A stretch of 63,756 nt of DNA, counting the filler, from Octopus bimaculoides (lineage: Eukaryota): the NCBI RefSeq assembly GCF_001194135.2. It is 8 parts of 7 records of this genome, joined end to end, with 100 filler letters (N's around TTAATTAATTAA, not from the genome) between each part and the next. Parts side by side here need not be neighbours in the genome. Positions count along the whole stretch, not along the records: positions 6,193 to 14,222 come from NC_069007.1; positions 14,323 to 40,136 come from NC_068995.1; 6 more parts are not named here. One strand, 5' to 3'. Both the position numbers and the translations under genes were made by a program. Shown here piece by piece: positions 12,269-25,598 of the stretch. The notes under the pieces were generated by a model. The model had not been told where the DNA came from, ran no database searches, and was given only the letters and a program-made list of their open reading frames with translations. The first letter of the stretch is position 1; the number at the start of each line of letters is the position of its first letter.

Positions 12269-13259
12269 TGTTGCTGTTCTATATACTAGTGTGACTGTGT
12301 GTCTCTGTGCATGTGCGTGTGTTATGTTAGTTTGTGTGTTTGCATGTGTGTCTGAGTTTGTATGTGTGGATCTGTCTGTGTGTTTGTCTGTGTGTCTGTG
12401 TGTATGTTTGTGTATAGGCGTGTGTTACCGTGAGTATATGTGTTCGTATGTGTGCAAGTGTATCTCTATGTGTTTCTGTCACTTTTCCGTCTCACTTTCT
12501 CTCTCCTCATCTCTCTTTCTTTTTCTCTCTCTGTCACCCCCTCTCTGCCTCCCATCATCTCTGTTTCTCCCTCTCTCTGTCTCTCCTCTTTCTGTCTCCC
12601 TCCTCTCTATCTCCCTCCGCGCTCTCTCTCTCTCTATCTACGTCTCCATCTCTGTCTGTCACATTGATGCCTAATAAATTGAAATCAGAAACGAAGACTC
12701 GCTTCCAAAGAATCAATCAACGTCTGCTAAATTCTTGAGAACTTGTCAAACTGTGACCCACTAAACCTTTGATAATTTGTTTCGCAACAAGAGTGAAACC
12801 GGAAGTTCCGTGTCTTTGTTGAATGATCTGTCGTTGTCTTCGAAACCAGGAAGTGCTGATGCGCTCACATTTATCATCAAGCATGTCCCTTCTTCTTCTT
12901 CTTCTTCTTCTTCTTCTTCTTCCTCCATTCTTCTTATCTCCTCCTCCTCCTCCTCCTCCTCCTCCTCCTTCTTCTTCTCCTCTCTCTTCCTCCTTTTCCT
13001 CTCCTCTCTCCATTCTCTCTCCTCTTCATATTCTCTTTCATATTAGTGTCTGCCTACATCTTAAATGTTCTTCCTCTACCTCTTATACTAACGCATACGC
13101 ACATATACGTATATTTGTATGCATGCACATATATAAATAAATAAATAAATAAATAAATATATATATACATGCATGCATGTACGTACGTACGTATACATAT
13201 ATGTACGAATATGTATGTATATATGAATGTATGTATGTATACATACATATATATACGTA

Positions 13260-13900
13260 TATGTTTTGCAAACAACTTGCAGATGCAAGTGCTACCAGTC
13301 GAAAGCTCTGCACATCTGAAGCCAGCAAGTATATGGGGTCATCAGGAGAGAATGCGCACCGTTCTGGGTCTACCCTTGACGGCATCATTGGGCACCGGCC
13401 CCACTCACTGAAATGACGCCCCACCTACTAAATCAACTGCTTATCACATTTAGCTCATTATTCTTCTAACCGTTGATGATCGTCTGCTTTTAAGCAAATC
13501 CAGTGACTTGCCTTTTCCACTCTAATCTGAACATCACTCATGTTGGCGTTTGCTTTACGATGAATTAGTCTTAACGATAACAACGGTCTTCTCACACTGT
13601 GTCCAAGAAATCCTCTACATCCGACTTCGATCGGAAAATGCTCAGCTTTCCAGCCTGTGTCTTCACATTCCTCGAGGAGGTTTACATAACGGTCAATCTT
13701 TCAAACCCGATCGGCATCCATATTATATTTATGAGGAACTGTTAACTCGACTCAATTCTCCATTTTCTTTCTTTCAAACAATATTATTATGACATCCGGT
13801 TTTTTCGTAACTGGAATGGGAAAGATTCCTTGACATCCTGGTAAATCTTCAGCCACCTCCCAATAGCCATTCCATTTCTCATCCCTGATAGGAAATTTCT
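13260..13900 (-). mobile_element. 3' end of an RLE-type non-LTR retrotransposon (HERO/NeSL-like), decayed
   Basis: KKPDVIIILFERKKMEN*VELTVPHKYNMDADRV*KIDRYVNLLEECEDTGWKAEHFPIEVGCRGFLG..EKASHWICLK..* shows the PD...ELTVP and PIEVGCRGF motifs, with two in-frame stops. Confidence 0.75.
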
Positions 13901-15035
13901 TCTTCTTCTTCAAACGGATCTGCTGTCCTGATCGCACAGAAATAACGAAATCTCTGGTTGATTCTTTCAGTGGTATTTTGTCCGAAAGATTAAGGACCAG
14001 ACTTCAGAAATAAGGTCCGTGATCGATGTGTTCTACTAAACCCGTCCAGTCATTGCCCCAGCATCGCCGTAGACCAATAACTGAAACAAGTAACTCATTA
14101 TACAAACATACACACACATATATACACACATTAATACATACAAATATATATATATATATACACATTTATACATATATATATATATATATATACATATATC
14201 TATACATATATATATATATATANNNNNNNNNNNNNNNNNNNNNNNNNNNNNNNNNNNNNNNNNNNNTTAATTAATTAANNNNNNNNNNNNNNNNNNNNNN
14301 NNNNNNNNNNNNNNNNNNNNNNGGCGGTGGTGGTTGTGGTGGTGGTGGTGGTGGTGGTGGTGGTGGTGGTGGTAATCGTAGCGGCGGTGGTGATGATGGG
14401 TGTGGAGAAGGTGATAGTGGTGATGAAGGTGATAATGGTGGTGGTGGTGGTGGTTTTGTGATGGCGGTGGTGAATACGATGGTGGTGATGGTGTTAGCAA
14501 TCGTAGCGGTGGTGGTGATGATGATGGGGGTGGAGAAGGTGATAACTATGTCCATGTACTCTGGTGATAGCAGTAGTAATAGAGACAGTGGTAAACTGAC
14601 CGACATATGAAATCTACTTAAATTTCTTACTGTGATATTTTTATCGTTTGTTGCTTTTTCTTCTTTTGCTTCTTCTTTTTTTTATTTCACCTGTCGCTTT
14701 TGTAGTCGTCGTCGTCGTCGTCATTGTTGTTGTTCTTCTTCTTTTAATTTGGGTCGTCTATATTTTTTCCCTTTCCGCCATCTTGGCAAAGTCCAAAGTC
14801 AAAATGGCGTGATTCATTGTTAAGTCACTTCGAGTTGTTGTTGGCCATCTTCTTTATTCTTATTTCTCTCTGATTTCTTTTCCCTTTCTTCTTCTTTGTC
14901 TTTTTTTTTTTTTTTTTTTTTTTTGCTTTTCCTCTTTCACATTCTCCATCATCACTATCATCATCATCATCATCATCACCATCGCCATCATCATCATCAT
15001 TGTCATCATCATCATCACTGTCGTTATCATCGTCG

Positions 15036-15078
<43 letters not shown>

Positions 15079-15416
15079 GTGTAACAGCAATAAGAAACGC
15101 ATTGTTACTTCCATTCTTCCATTATCAACGTTTCTTTCTTTCTTTTCTTTCTATCCTATCCTCCCTCTTCTCCACCTCTTCCTTCTTGACACCCTTCTCC
15201 TCCACAGTCACAATGCAATGTCATACTCACACATACACACAGATATATATTTACAAACACACACACACACACACACTCACACAGACGAACATTTTACCTT
15301 CACCACTCCCAGTGCCAAGAGAACGGTTGCTCATCAACTTTTCTATTCGTATCTTTTATCAATTTTTATCTTCTTCCTCATAACAATAGTAATTATTATT
15401 ATTATTAGTATTATTA

Positions 15417-15467
<51 letters not shown>

Positions 15468-15499
15468 TTATTGTTCAGTAGTTTTATTTTTATAACGTG

Positions 15500-15755
15500 C
15501 TTTCACTTCACTACCGAGCGCAGCTCTGTGCGCCTTGGGTATGTGCTGTGGTTTGCCGCGGTGCTCTTATGTTTACTGTATTGAAAGTGTTTTGCGTAGG
15601 ATGTGTGCTGTACCCAGTAGTGCAATTTTCTGTATGTTATATATATTTGTAAGTCCTGGTGTTTTTGTTATGTATTTGTCTGAATATATTTTATCATACC
15701 TAAGGCACCTACTATGATAGGAATTGTTTCTGTTTTTCGATTCCACATTCCAGTT
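15500..15755 (-). mobile_element. R4-clade LINE C-terminal and 3' UTR remnant
   Basis: W....ETIPIIVGALGMI, then after a frameshift NIQKIALLGTAHILRKTLS, the typical end of an R4/Dong ORF. Confidence 0.7.
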
Positions 15756-15771
15756 ACCTCTATTATTATTC

Positions 15772-15826
<55 letters not shown>

Positions 15827-15894
15827 CATTAATATTATTATTATTATTATTATCATCATTTTTATCGTTATTATTATTCCCTTCGACTCATTCT

Positions 15895-16043
15895 TTACGT
15901 TCTGAGTTTAAGTTCTGGCGAGGTCGGCATTGTCTTTCATCTTTTCAGGATCGATGTAAGAAGTACCAGTCCAGCACTGGGGTCGATGTAATTGACTTTT
16001 CCCTCCTCCGAAATTTCAGGCCTTGTGCCTATAATAGAAAGGA
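15895..16043 (+). mobile_element. SINE family B copy
   Basis: ttctgagtttaagttctggcgaggtcg..ctttcatcttttcaggatcgat..agtaccag..ggggtcgatgtaattgact..caggccttgtgcctataatagaaagg, shared with the copies at 26685, 27890, 30513 and 35691. Confidence 0.75.
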
Positions 16044-16053
16044 TCATCATCAC

Positions 16054-16103
<50 letters not shown>

Positions 16104-16648
16104 ATATCATTATTATATGACTGTTCATTATTTGGTAGTTTGAGGCAAATTTTTACTGCATCACCTGCTACACATCCGTGTTGCTAGGGTATGTGTAGCA
16201 TTGTGTGTTCTTTTCTACTGTTGAGAATGTGCAAACTCTTCCCGGTACTGTATTGTGTGAGTTTGTTTTTTTCTCTTCAGGTGTGGTGCAGTCTTTTGTT
16301 GCGTTACTGCTTGTATTGTGTGTTGAGTGAGTAATGCATTGGTTATCAAGCTTACTGGTAGAAGTTTATTTCACTGGGTAAACGCTATATAGTATTCAAA
16401 CCCCAAAGAATTCCTCTCAACACATGGCTATGATGGTCCCCTAATACTTCTGTTCGTGATCAGAGATGCACATATCGTGAACCACCGAGGGACATGCTCA
16501 ACTGGTTAAGATCAAACAACTGACAAGCAAATTTGTGCTATTGAGCAGAATATTTTCTGCAGCCCATCTTTTATACCAAGACAAAACCATGTACATGATG
16601 ACACTTCCAATCAGTTAAGATGAGAAACAATGAGAGCCAGCGCCTGTT

Positions 16649-16695
<47 letters not shown>

Positions 16696-17260
16696 TATCA
16701 TCATCATCATTATTATTATTATTATTATTATNNNNNNNNNNAGAAGAAGAAGAAGAAGAAGAAGAAGAAGAAGAAGAAGAAGAAGAAGAAGAAGAAGAAG
16801 AAGAAGAAGAAGAAGAAGAAGAAGAAGAATGCATCGAATGTTTTGTAAGTTTGGTTCTTTTGTTTTACTATTTCTTCACACAAATCTATTTTCATCGTCA
16901 TTCCATTCCTTATATATTTTACTTCATTCAAAATTCTTCTTCTTTCATTCATTTTTCTTTCTTCATTAAGAAATTATTTTTAAAAAATTTATTCTTGTAA
17001 TTGGGCAACGTTCGTTTTTTCGTTTTTTCAATTTTGTCTTATTTTTTTGTAAAGTTTTGCGTCGTTTCGCTTTGATTTTCCTGGCTTTGTCTTATAATTT
17101 GTCACCAAAACCAAAATTTGCAGATAGTGTCCCTCCACAAGGTAAATGATAACAGCAATAATAACAATAATAATAATAATAACAACAACAACAACAGCAA
17201 CAATAATAATAATAATAATAATAATAATAAGTATATAAATAAAAACAAAATAAACTGGTG

Positions 17261-17301
<41 letters not shown>

Positions 17302-17398
17302 GGAGAGGATGATCCCGCTGTCGTTATTGCTACTATTGTTGCTGTCAGAACTTATTCATCATTATTAGTGATATCATCTACTTAGAAATTCATATCTC

Positions 17399-17484
<86 letters not shown>

Positions 17485-17567
17485 ATTTATATCGATAATG
17501 AGATGATGATGATGGTAATGATGATTATCCTGATCATGATCATGATAATGATCTTGATGATATAAAC

Positions 17568-17636
<69 letters not shown>

Positions 17637-17639
17637 AAG

Positions 17640-17670
<31 letters not shown>

Positions 17671-17703
17671 TAAGAAGGAGAAGAAGAAGTTAAGAAGAAG
17701 AAA

Positions 17704-17765
<62 letters not shown>

Positions 17766-17779
17766 AAGGTAAGAAAAAG

Positions 17780-17848
<69 letters not shown>

Positions 17849-17901
17849 TAAGAAGAAGAAGAAGAAGAAGAAGAANNNNNNNNNNGAAGAAGAAGAAGAA
17901 G

Positions 17902-17932
<31 letters not shown>

Positions 17933-18095
17933 GAAGAAGAAGAAGAAGAAGAAGAAGAAGAAGAAGAAGAAGAAGAATATTAATGGTGATGGTGTGGATA
18001 ACATTTTTTGTTATTATTATTATTATTGTTGTTGTTGTTATTTTTTTTATTATTACTATTATTATTATTATTATTATTTTATTATTACTATTATT

Positions 18096-18166
<71 letters not shown>

Positions 18167-18177
18167 CATCATCATCA

Positions 18178-18208
<31 letters not shown>

Positions 18209-18354
18209 CATTATTATCATTATTATTATTGCTTCTACCTGTTTTTGAGTATTCTTTCAGAAACTATGGAAAATGACTTGTTGAAATAATTGGCCACCAT
18301 TGTTGAGATTCTAACATTTGGAAGAATTCTAAGATTGCTTGAAGTAGCAGCAGC

Positions 18355-18410
<56 letters not shown>

Positions 18411-20340
18411 GTTTGTGTACATTTCATTCCATTGTTTTATTGGTGGTTTGACTTTTGTTGGTGTATCGTGTGTGTGCACGCGCGTGTGCATGTGTTCATG
18501 TGGGGGGGAGTCACGCGCCCGTGTGTGTATGTGTGTGTGTATGTGTGTGCGTGTGTGTGTGTGTGTGTCTATGTAAGTCTGTATTTTTTCTTTTAGTTTT
18601 GTTTTTAATAATTTCACATTAAAAGAACCTGCAAGTATCTCAGTAAATTGATTTTGACGAAAGGCAAATTTCGAGATTCTCACACGTAAATACACATGCA
18701 AATAAATACAGACACTCTCACGCACACACACTTATATATATATATATACACATATATATATACGTATATATATATATATATATATATATACGTACNNNNN
18801 NNNNNNNNNNNNNNNNNNNNNNNNNNNNNNNNNNNNNNNNNNNNNNNNNNNNNNNNNNNNNNNNNNNNNNNNNNNNNNNNNNNNNNNNNNNNNNNNNNNN
18901 NNNNNNNNNNNNNNNNNNNNNNNNNNNNNNNNNNNNNNNNNNNNNNNNNNNNNNNNNNNNNNNNNNNNNNNNNNNNNNNNNNNNNNNNNNNNNNNNNNNN
19001 NNNNNNNNNNNNNNNNNNNNNNNNNNNNNNNNNNNNNNNNNNNNNNNNNNNNNNNNNNNNNNNNNNNNNNNNNNNNNNNNNNNNNNNNNNNNNNNNNNNN
19101 NNNNNNNNNNNNNNNNNNNNNNNNNNNNNNNNNNNNNNNNNNNNNNNNNNNNNNNNNNNNNNNNNNNNNNNNNNNNNNNNNNNNNNNNNNNNNNNNNNNN
19201 NNNNNNNNNNNNNNNNNNNNNNNNNNNNNNNNNNNNNNNNNNNNNNNNNNNNNNNNNNNNNNNNNNNNNNNNNNNNNNNNNNNNNNNNNNNNNNNNNNNN
19301 NNNNNNNNNNNNNNNNNNNNNNNNNNNNNNNNNNNNNNNNNNNNNNNNNNNNNNNNNNNNNNNNNNNNNNNNNNNNNNNNNNNNNTACATTATATGCATA
19401 CACTTATTTGCACATACACACACACACACACCACCACCACCACCACCACACACGTACACGTATGTACTTGACTACGAATGTTTTCAGTATTGATGGGAAA
19501 TCTCTTGAAAGAACTTTATTTTTTTCCATTTATTTCACCTTTTTTTTTTCACATTTTTTCTTTTCTTTTTTCTGATTTCTATCCTTTATATATATATATA
19601 TATATATTTTAATATTTTATTTTTGGGTGTTATCATATCATTTTTTGGCAATAATTAATTGTATATTTGCCAAGTGATCTATTTTTCCAATTCCAACATG
19701 GAAACCAACGAATTCCACCAACAACTTGTAAGCCGCTACTATTTATAAACCGGCCGACATTTTGTCGAAACGATCTTTTGTCATTAGTTTTCAATCTGAT
19801 ATCTTATGATATATTTATATAAAGTGTCTCGCTATTGTTCCTTTATATCCATCAAAATATTTTTATATAGCTTATATTATATAATATTATCACACACACC
19901 AATATATATGCATACATACATATATACATAAATACATATATATGTGCATATATACATGAATATATTTAGTTATATATATATATATATATTTACATATATA
20001 TATACCTATATTTACATACAAATATATGTATGTACCTAACGTACTATCTATATCTATGTCTGTCTGTTTGTCTCACTGTGTATTTATCAAACTTAATTTT
20101 GTTTTACTTGTGTATTTGTTTCCTTATCGTTTTTTTTGTTATTTTGTTTTTGTTTTATAATTTTTTGTAGGAGTGTTATTCTCTCCAGCATTGCAATTAA
20201 TTTTTCTGCTGGTGAAGGTTACGTGTGCGAGAGTGTGCAGAGAGAGAGAGAGAGAGAGTGATAGAGAGATAGAGAGAGAGAGGATGGAAGGAGGGAGGAA
20301 GAGGAAGTAGGAGAGAGAGAAATAGTTAGATAAATAGATG

Positions 20341-20382
<42 letters not shown>

Positions 20383-20722
20383 TACATATATATGTATATA
20401 TATATATACATGTGTGTGTGTGTGTGTATGTGTGTGTATATATATATATGGATATTTGTGTGNNNNNNNNNNNNNNNNNNNNNNNNNNNNNNNNNNNNNN
20501 NNNNNNNNNNNNNNNNNNNNNNNNNNNNNNNNNNNNNNNNNNNNNNNNNNNNNNNNNNNNNNNNNNNNNNNNNNNNNNNNNNNNNNNNNNNNNNNNNNNN
20601 NNNNNNNNNNNNNNNNNNNNNNNNNNNNNNNNNNNNNNNNNNNNNNNNNNNNNNNNNNNNNNNNNNNNNNNNNNNNNNNNNNNNNNNNNNNNNNNNNNNN
20701 NNNNNNNNNNNNNNNNNNNNNN

Positions 20723-20765
<43 letters not shown>

Positions 20766-20891
20766 TGTGTGCGTGCATACGGAGAGATAGATGATGATGA
20801 TGATGATATATGGACAGAGAACGAAAAGGTAAATGACTCAGTGAAGATAGATAGATGGATAGATAGATAGAGACAGACAGACAGACATATA

Positions 20892-20960
<69 letters not shown>

Positions 20961-21203
20961 GTTTTACGTTATCATTTTTTTTAAGTGCGAAGTCATTAAA
21001 ATAGTGATTACAACTTATGGCAGAAGTTTTGGAGTCTCATATATGATAGCTATACACCCATGGACACACACACACAGACACACACACACACTTATATACA
21101 CATGTGCAGCTATATAATTATTGTTTAAAATCAATTGTCCATATGTTTCTGCACATATATACGCTCGCCAACCCTCCACCCGAGCACATATACCTATATA
21201 TAC

Positions 21204-21314
<111 letters not shown>

Positions 21315-21789
21315 CGTATGTGCATATACGTGTTTGTGATAACTTTGGCTAACATAACACTAGAAGGCAAATACACTGTTAAATAAATCGAAATCTATAG
21401 ATACTGAGAATGCATGCGAAACATTTTATATTTCCTATATACATACATGTATATATATATACATATATATATATATATACATACATACATACACTCCTGC
21501 ATGTGTGAGAGAGTGTACGTGTGTGTATGTTTGTAAGTTTAAGCTGCGCATGTGTACAAGTTAATGTGTATGTGTGTGTGTGTGTGCGCGCGCATGTGTG
21601 TGTGCGCGCGCATGTGTGTATGTCTGTGGTCGTGTGGGTGTTTCTCTTTTGTGATCTTTATTAATATTAACGTCCTTTTTATATGTTTATCTGTACAATG
21701 AAATGCGTAAATACACACATACATATATATGTGTGTGTGTGCATATGTTTGAGTATTTAATGAAATTATAAATATATACATTATATACA

Positions 21790-21833
<44 letters not shown>

Positions 21834-22819
21834 NNNNNNNNNNNNNNNNNNNNNNNNNNNNNNNNNNNNNNNNNNNNNNNNNNNNNNNNNNNNNNNNNNN
21901 NNNNNNNNNNNNNNNNNNNNNNNNNNNNNNNNNNNNNNNNNNNNNNNNNNNNNNNNNNNNNNNNNNNNNNNNNNNNNNNNNNNNNNNNNNNNNNNNNNNN
22001 NNNNNNNNNNNNNNNNNNNNNNNNNNNNNNNNNNNNNNNNNNNNNNNNNNNNNNNNNNNNNNNNNTATCTACTTACCTACATACATACATAATTCATACT
22101 TACATACATACATACATCAATTCCTCGTAGACCCTTGATGTTTTAATCAATTCTCTAAGAAAGAGAACATCTACTTGACACAAACCTACAGGGCGATCGT
22201 TTGCTTCCATCTTATCTATAAGCTTTTACACACGCTGCCTCAGCCAATTCCTCCAAGACCATTGCGATTCCAAACGAAGTAGTGACAGGTGAGCAGTCAG
22301 GTAGAAAGAAGAGAATGTTCGAATTGTGACGAACAATGTTTATTTAAATAACGCAATTCAGCCAAAAGTAAAAACAAAAAGAAAAGCCGTACGGAAAGCC
22401 TCGTAAGAATATATTCCTGTATTCCTGTCTCATGGATGCGTCATTCATTTTATTTGACAATGCTATCAGCTGCTTTGGTTGAGAGCTTTACAATGACCTG
22501 CTCAACGATATTATAGAAACTGAAAGTACAACTATTGTCTGTTTCTGATGCGATAGATCGTCTTCTTATTCTGTTTATTTTGACACTAAATCATCAAATA
22601 TTTCTTTGGAGAACCTACCATTATAAACAGGTGATTATATCACAGAGTGCCCAACAGCAAGAAAGCTATTGTAATCCATGATTTCTTGTCTGTCGATAGC
22701 TAAAGATGAATGCTGAACATATCCACAAAACTGACGACAGGTTGACTTTTACAAGAAAGCTCACATCTGAGACAGGGGTGGGTTTTGGCCAAAACAAATG
22801 TACATAATTAACGGCTAAT

Positions 22820-23310
22820 GAAGGCGTGTGATTTAGTGATAAGGATATTCGGATCACGATCGTAAGGCCGTGAGTTTGGTCGTAAGTTTGTGTCCTTGAG
22901 CAAGACACTTCATTTCAAGTTGCTCCAGTACGTTCAACTGGCAAGAATGAGCTGTACCTGTCTTTCAAATTGGGCAAGCTTTGTCACACTTTGTGTCATG
23001 CTGAATCTCCCTGAGAACTACGTTAAGGGTACGTGTCTCTGTGGAGTGCTCAGCCACTTGCAAGCTAACTTCATGTTGTGTCGACACCCCCAGGCGAAGA
23101 AGTAGGACCTCCCAAGACATATAAATAGAGGTATTCTGGCCGTGGTAGGTGTGTTGAGTAGCAGTCGAGTAGCAGTTGTGTAGCGGTTGAATAGAGATCA
23201 TCCGAACGTGCTATATAGCAATAGCGTTGCGACATAACACTTCACAAGCAGGGTTTTCCGTTGATCGGATAAATGGAACTCTCGCCGTCGTAACCGACGG
23301 AGTACCAGTT
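22820..23310 (+). mobile_element. CORE-like SINE sharing the family C 3' tail, interrupted by a solo LTR
   Basis: CORE-like gtgtccttgagcaagacacttcatttc, then tail ctttgtcacact..gagaactacgttaagggtac..gtggagtgctcagccacttgca..gttgatcggat as in 45441-45835. Confidence 0.7.
23074..23239. mobile_element. Solo LTR, 166 bp, with 5-bp TSD
   Basis: TG...CA ends, terminal inverted repeat TGTTGTGTCG/CGACATAACA (9/10), TSD CTTCA at 23069-23073 and 23240-23244, and an internal TATAAATA box. Confidence 0.8.
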
Positions 23311-23972
23311 AACAGCTGTACGTAAGAAAAGAGGCTTTCCAAACTTAAAATATATCCAACAAACTTGACAACTTCTCTATCGATATTATTAATTTACATA
23401 CGCACCTATAGTTATTTGAGCCCTTGGCAAAGTTATTAAGGATTTTAGTAAAGGTTTTGAAATTCTAGGGGTTTCCAGGTACAGAGAAAATACTTAACAG
23501 ATATCGTTGGAATTCAATTTATCGGCAGAAAAGAAAAAATACAGGCTTTTTTTATTTTTTTATTATTTTTTTATTTTCTATGCTGAGAACGTAACTCGAT
23601 ATTGTTACTGATGTCAAAATTTGAGTGAGAAAGTTTTGTAATTTAAATAGAATCTAGAGTTTTGTATCTTCACGTTTTTTTCTTTATTTTTTGTTTGTTT
23701 GCTTTTATTTTGTATACAAAGGAATTGAAAGATTTTAAACAATGCAAGGAGAAGAACAGAAGGAGAAATAGATGGAGACAGACAAAGAGACAGACAGAAT
23801 GACAGACACAGAGAGTGTGAGAGGTGGAGTCGAGTTTTATGCTGTAGCTTTCGTTAGGCGATGAAATGCACTCTATGCCAGAGAAAAGCTGCAATGCGAA
23901 ACTCAAAGTAGCGATGTGTGAAGATACACCATTCAATAGTATATAGAGATATACACAGATAGATAGATAGAC

Positions 23973-24057
<85 letters not shown>

Positions 24058-24229
24058 TCAACATATGTAGGCATGCATATACACACACACACACAACTGG
24101 TTTAGTGCGTTATGATTTTAGTGGCAATAGTTGTTTTGATTCCACAAACAAATGTATAAAACAATGTTTCCGTTGTGGACATTGTTTTACTAGATACGAT
24201 CTATGTTTATATATGTATGTATATTTGCA

Positions 24230-24276
<47 letters not shown>

Positions 24277-25545
24277 TACCTGCGTGCTTATCTGTCTAAA
24301 TATCTATGTATATTTTGCCAATAAATTTAAGCCAAATGACAGTCAAACAAAACATAAGCTTTATAGAAACAGAAGTAAGGTAAAGAGAGGCAGATAATGA
24401 GAGAGAGGGAAAGAATGGAAGAGAAACAGAGAGAAACAGAGAGAAACAGAGAGATCAAACGCCAAGTAGGAAACGTTCAGTTGAGGAGGCCGGAAAACTT
24501 ATAGATTGTAAAACATCTACTAAAATTGATACACTCGATATGTTTCGTTGGTCTTTCTTTGTTGTTGGGTAAACTTCCGGTACGGTTGTGACGTCACAGC
24601 ATCTAACATAATATTCTGAGAAACAATTCTTTTTTTTTTTAACGAAGTGGATAATAGTGTTTAGTTTAAACAAATCACTGACGCAGACATATTGCTGATG
24701 TACGTAAACTTGTAACCCCAACGGTTCTCACTTGATATGTCCAAAAGGCTCTGAAATTTGTTTAACATTAAACTGTCCTAATATAAGATTTTCAAAAATT
24801 CTTTCAGGAATAATCAGCACCTGAAATTCCAGTTGGATTCCTAAACATTTCTAGTGGAGGAAGCTCGACTGTAGATTGCAGCCCGACCGAACCCCACAAC
24901 CAGCACACATTCACATGCTCATGAATTCCTCGACCATTTCCACCAAAATCCCCTAATCCTAATTTGTGAATGGTCTCTTTGATAGAACAATCCCCCATAT
25001 AAGTGAAAATTAGATTAAACTGGGATAAAATCCATGAATTTGTAGCAAGCATCTTTACTGTGTTGTTGTTTGGGATTTTCGTCATGTCGCTCATGTTCAT
25101 CGCATTGGCATCGGTGTCACGAGGTTTGATAGCAAACTCACTCTGTGTTTTTCTCTTCTGGAAAGAACACATTGCTATTATAATGAATCCCACTTGCGCG
25201 GTTGTCATCGGTGGTAACCTCTCGTACTCTTTCGTCAGCAACTGGCGATCATTATGTTTTCCGTTTTTCTTTTCTTTTTGCGGAAGAAAGAATTTTCAGT
25301 TTTTAAAAGAGAGTTTCTGCGCCTGCAAATCTAAAACATAAGAAAATATATCTACCGCAAAAACATAAGGGATTGGAAGTCTACCACAACGAGAAAATTA
25401 TTAAGAAATATCTAAAGAATTCTACAAAAGTATCTTGTCAATAATACATGGAAATTTGTACAAGTAACAAAAAACGAACAAAACAAAAAAACAGTTTTGA
25501 TCTTCAAGAAAGCAACAAATATAAAATGGGGGAGGCTCAAGTAAC

Positions 25546-25598
<53 letters not shown>

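Larger units (their letters stand above)
14323..18410. repeat. Dense mosaic of trinucleotide microsatellites (GGT, CAT, ATT, GAA, AAC, AGT)
   Basis: Direct reading. Short unique or TE islands are interspersed. Confidence 0.9.

Noticed and set aside
12717-12890. Unique island with two ETS-like GGAAGT motifs and a short ORF
   Set aside because: The motifs are short and common, and the ORF depends on adjacent microsatellite.
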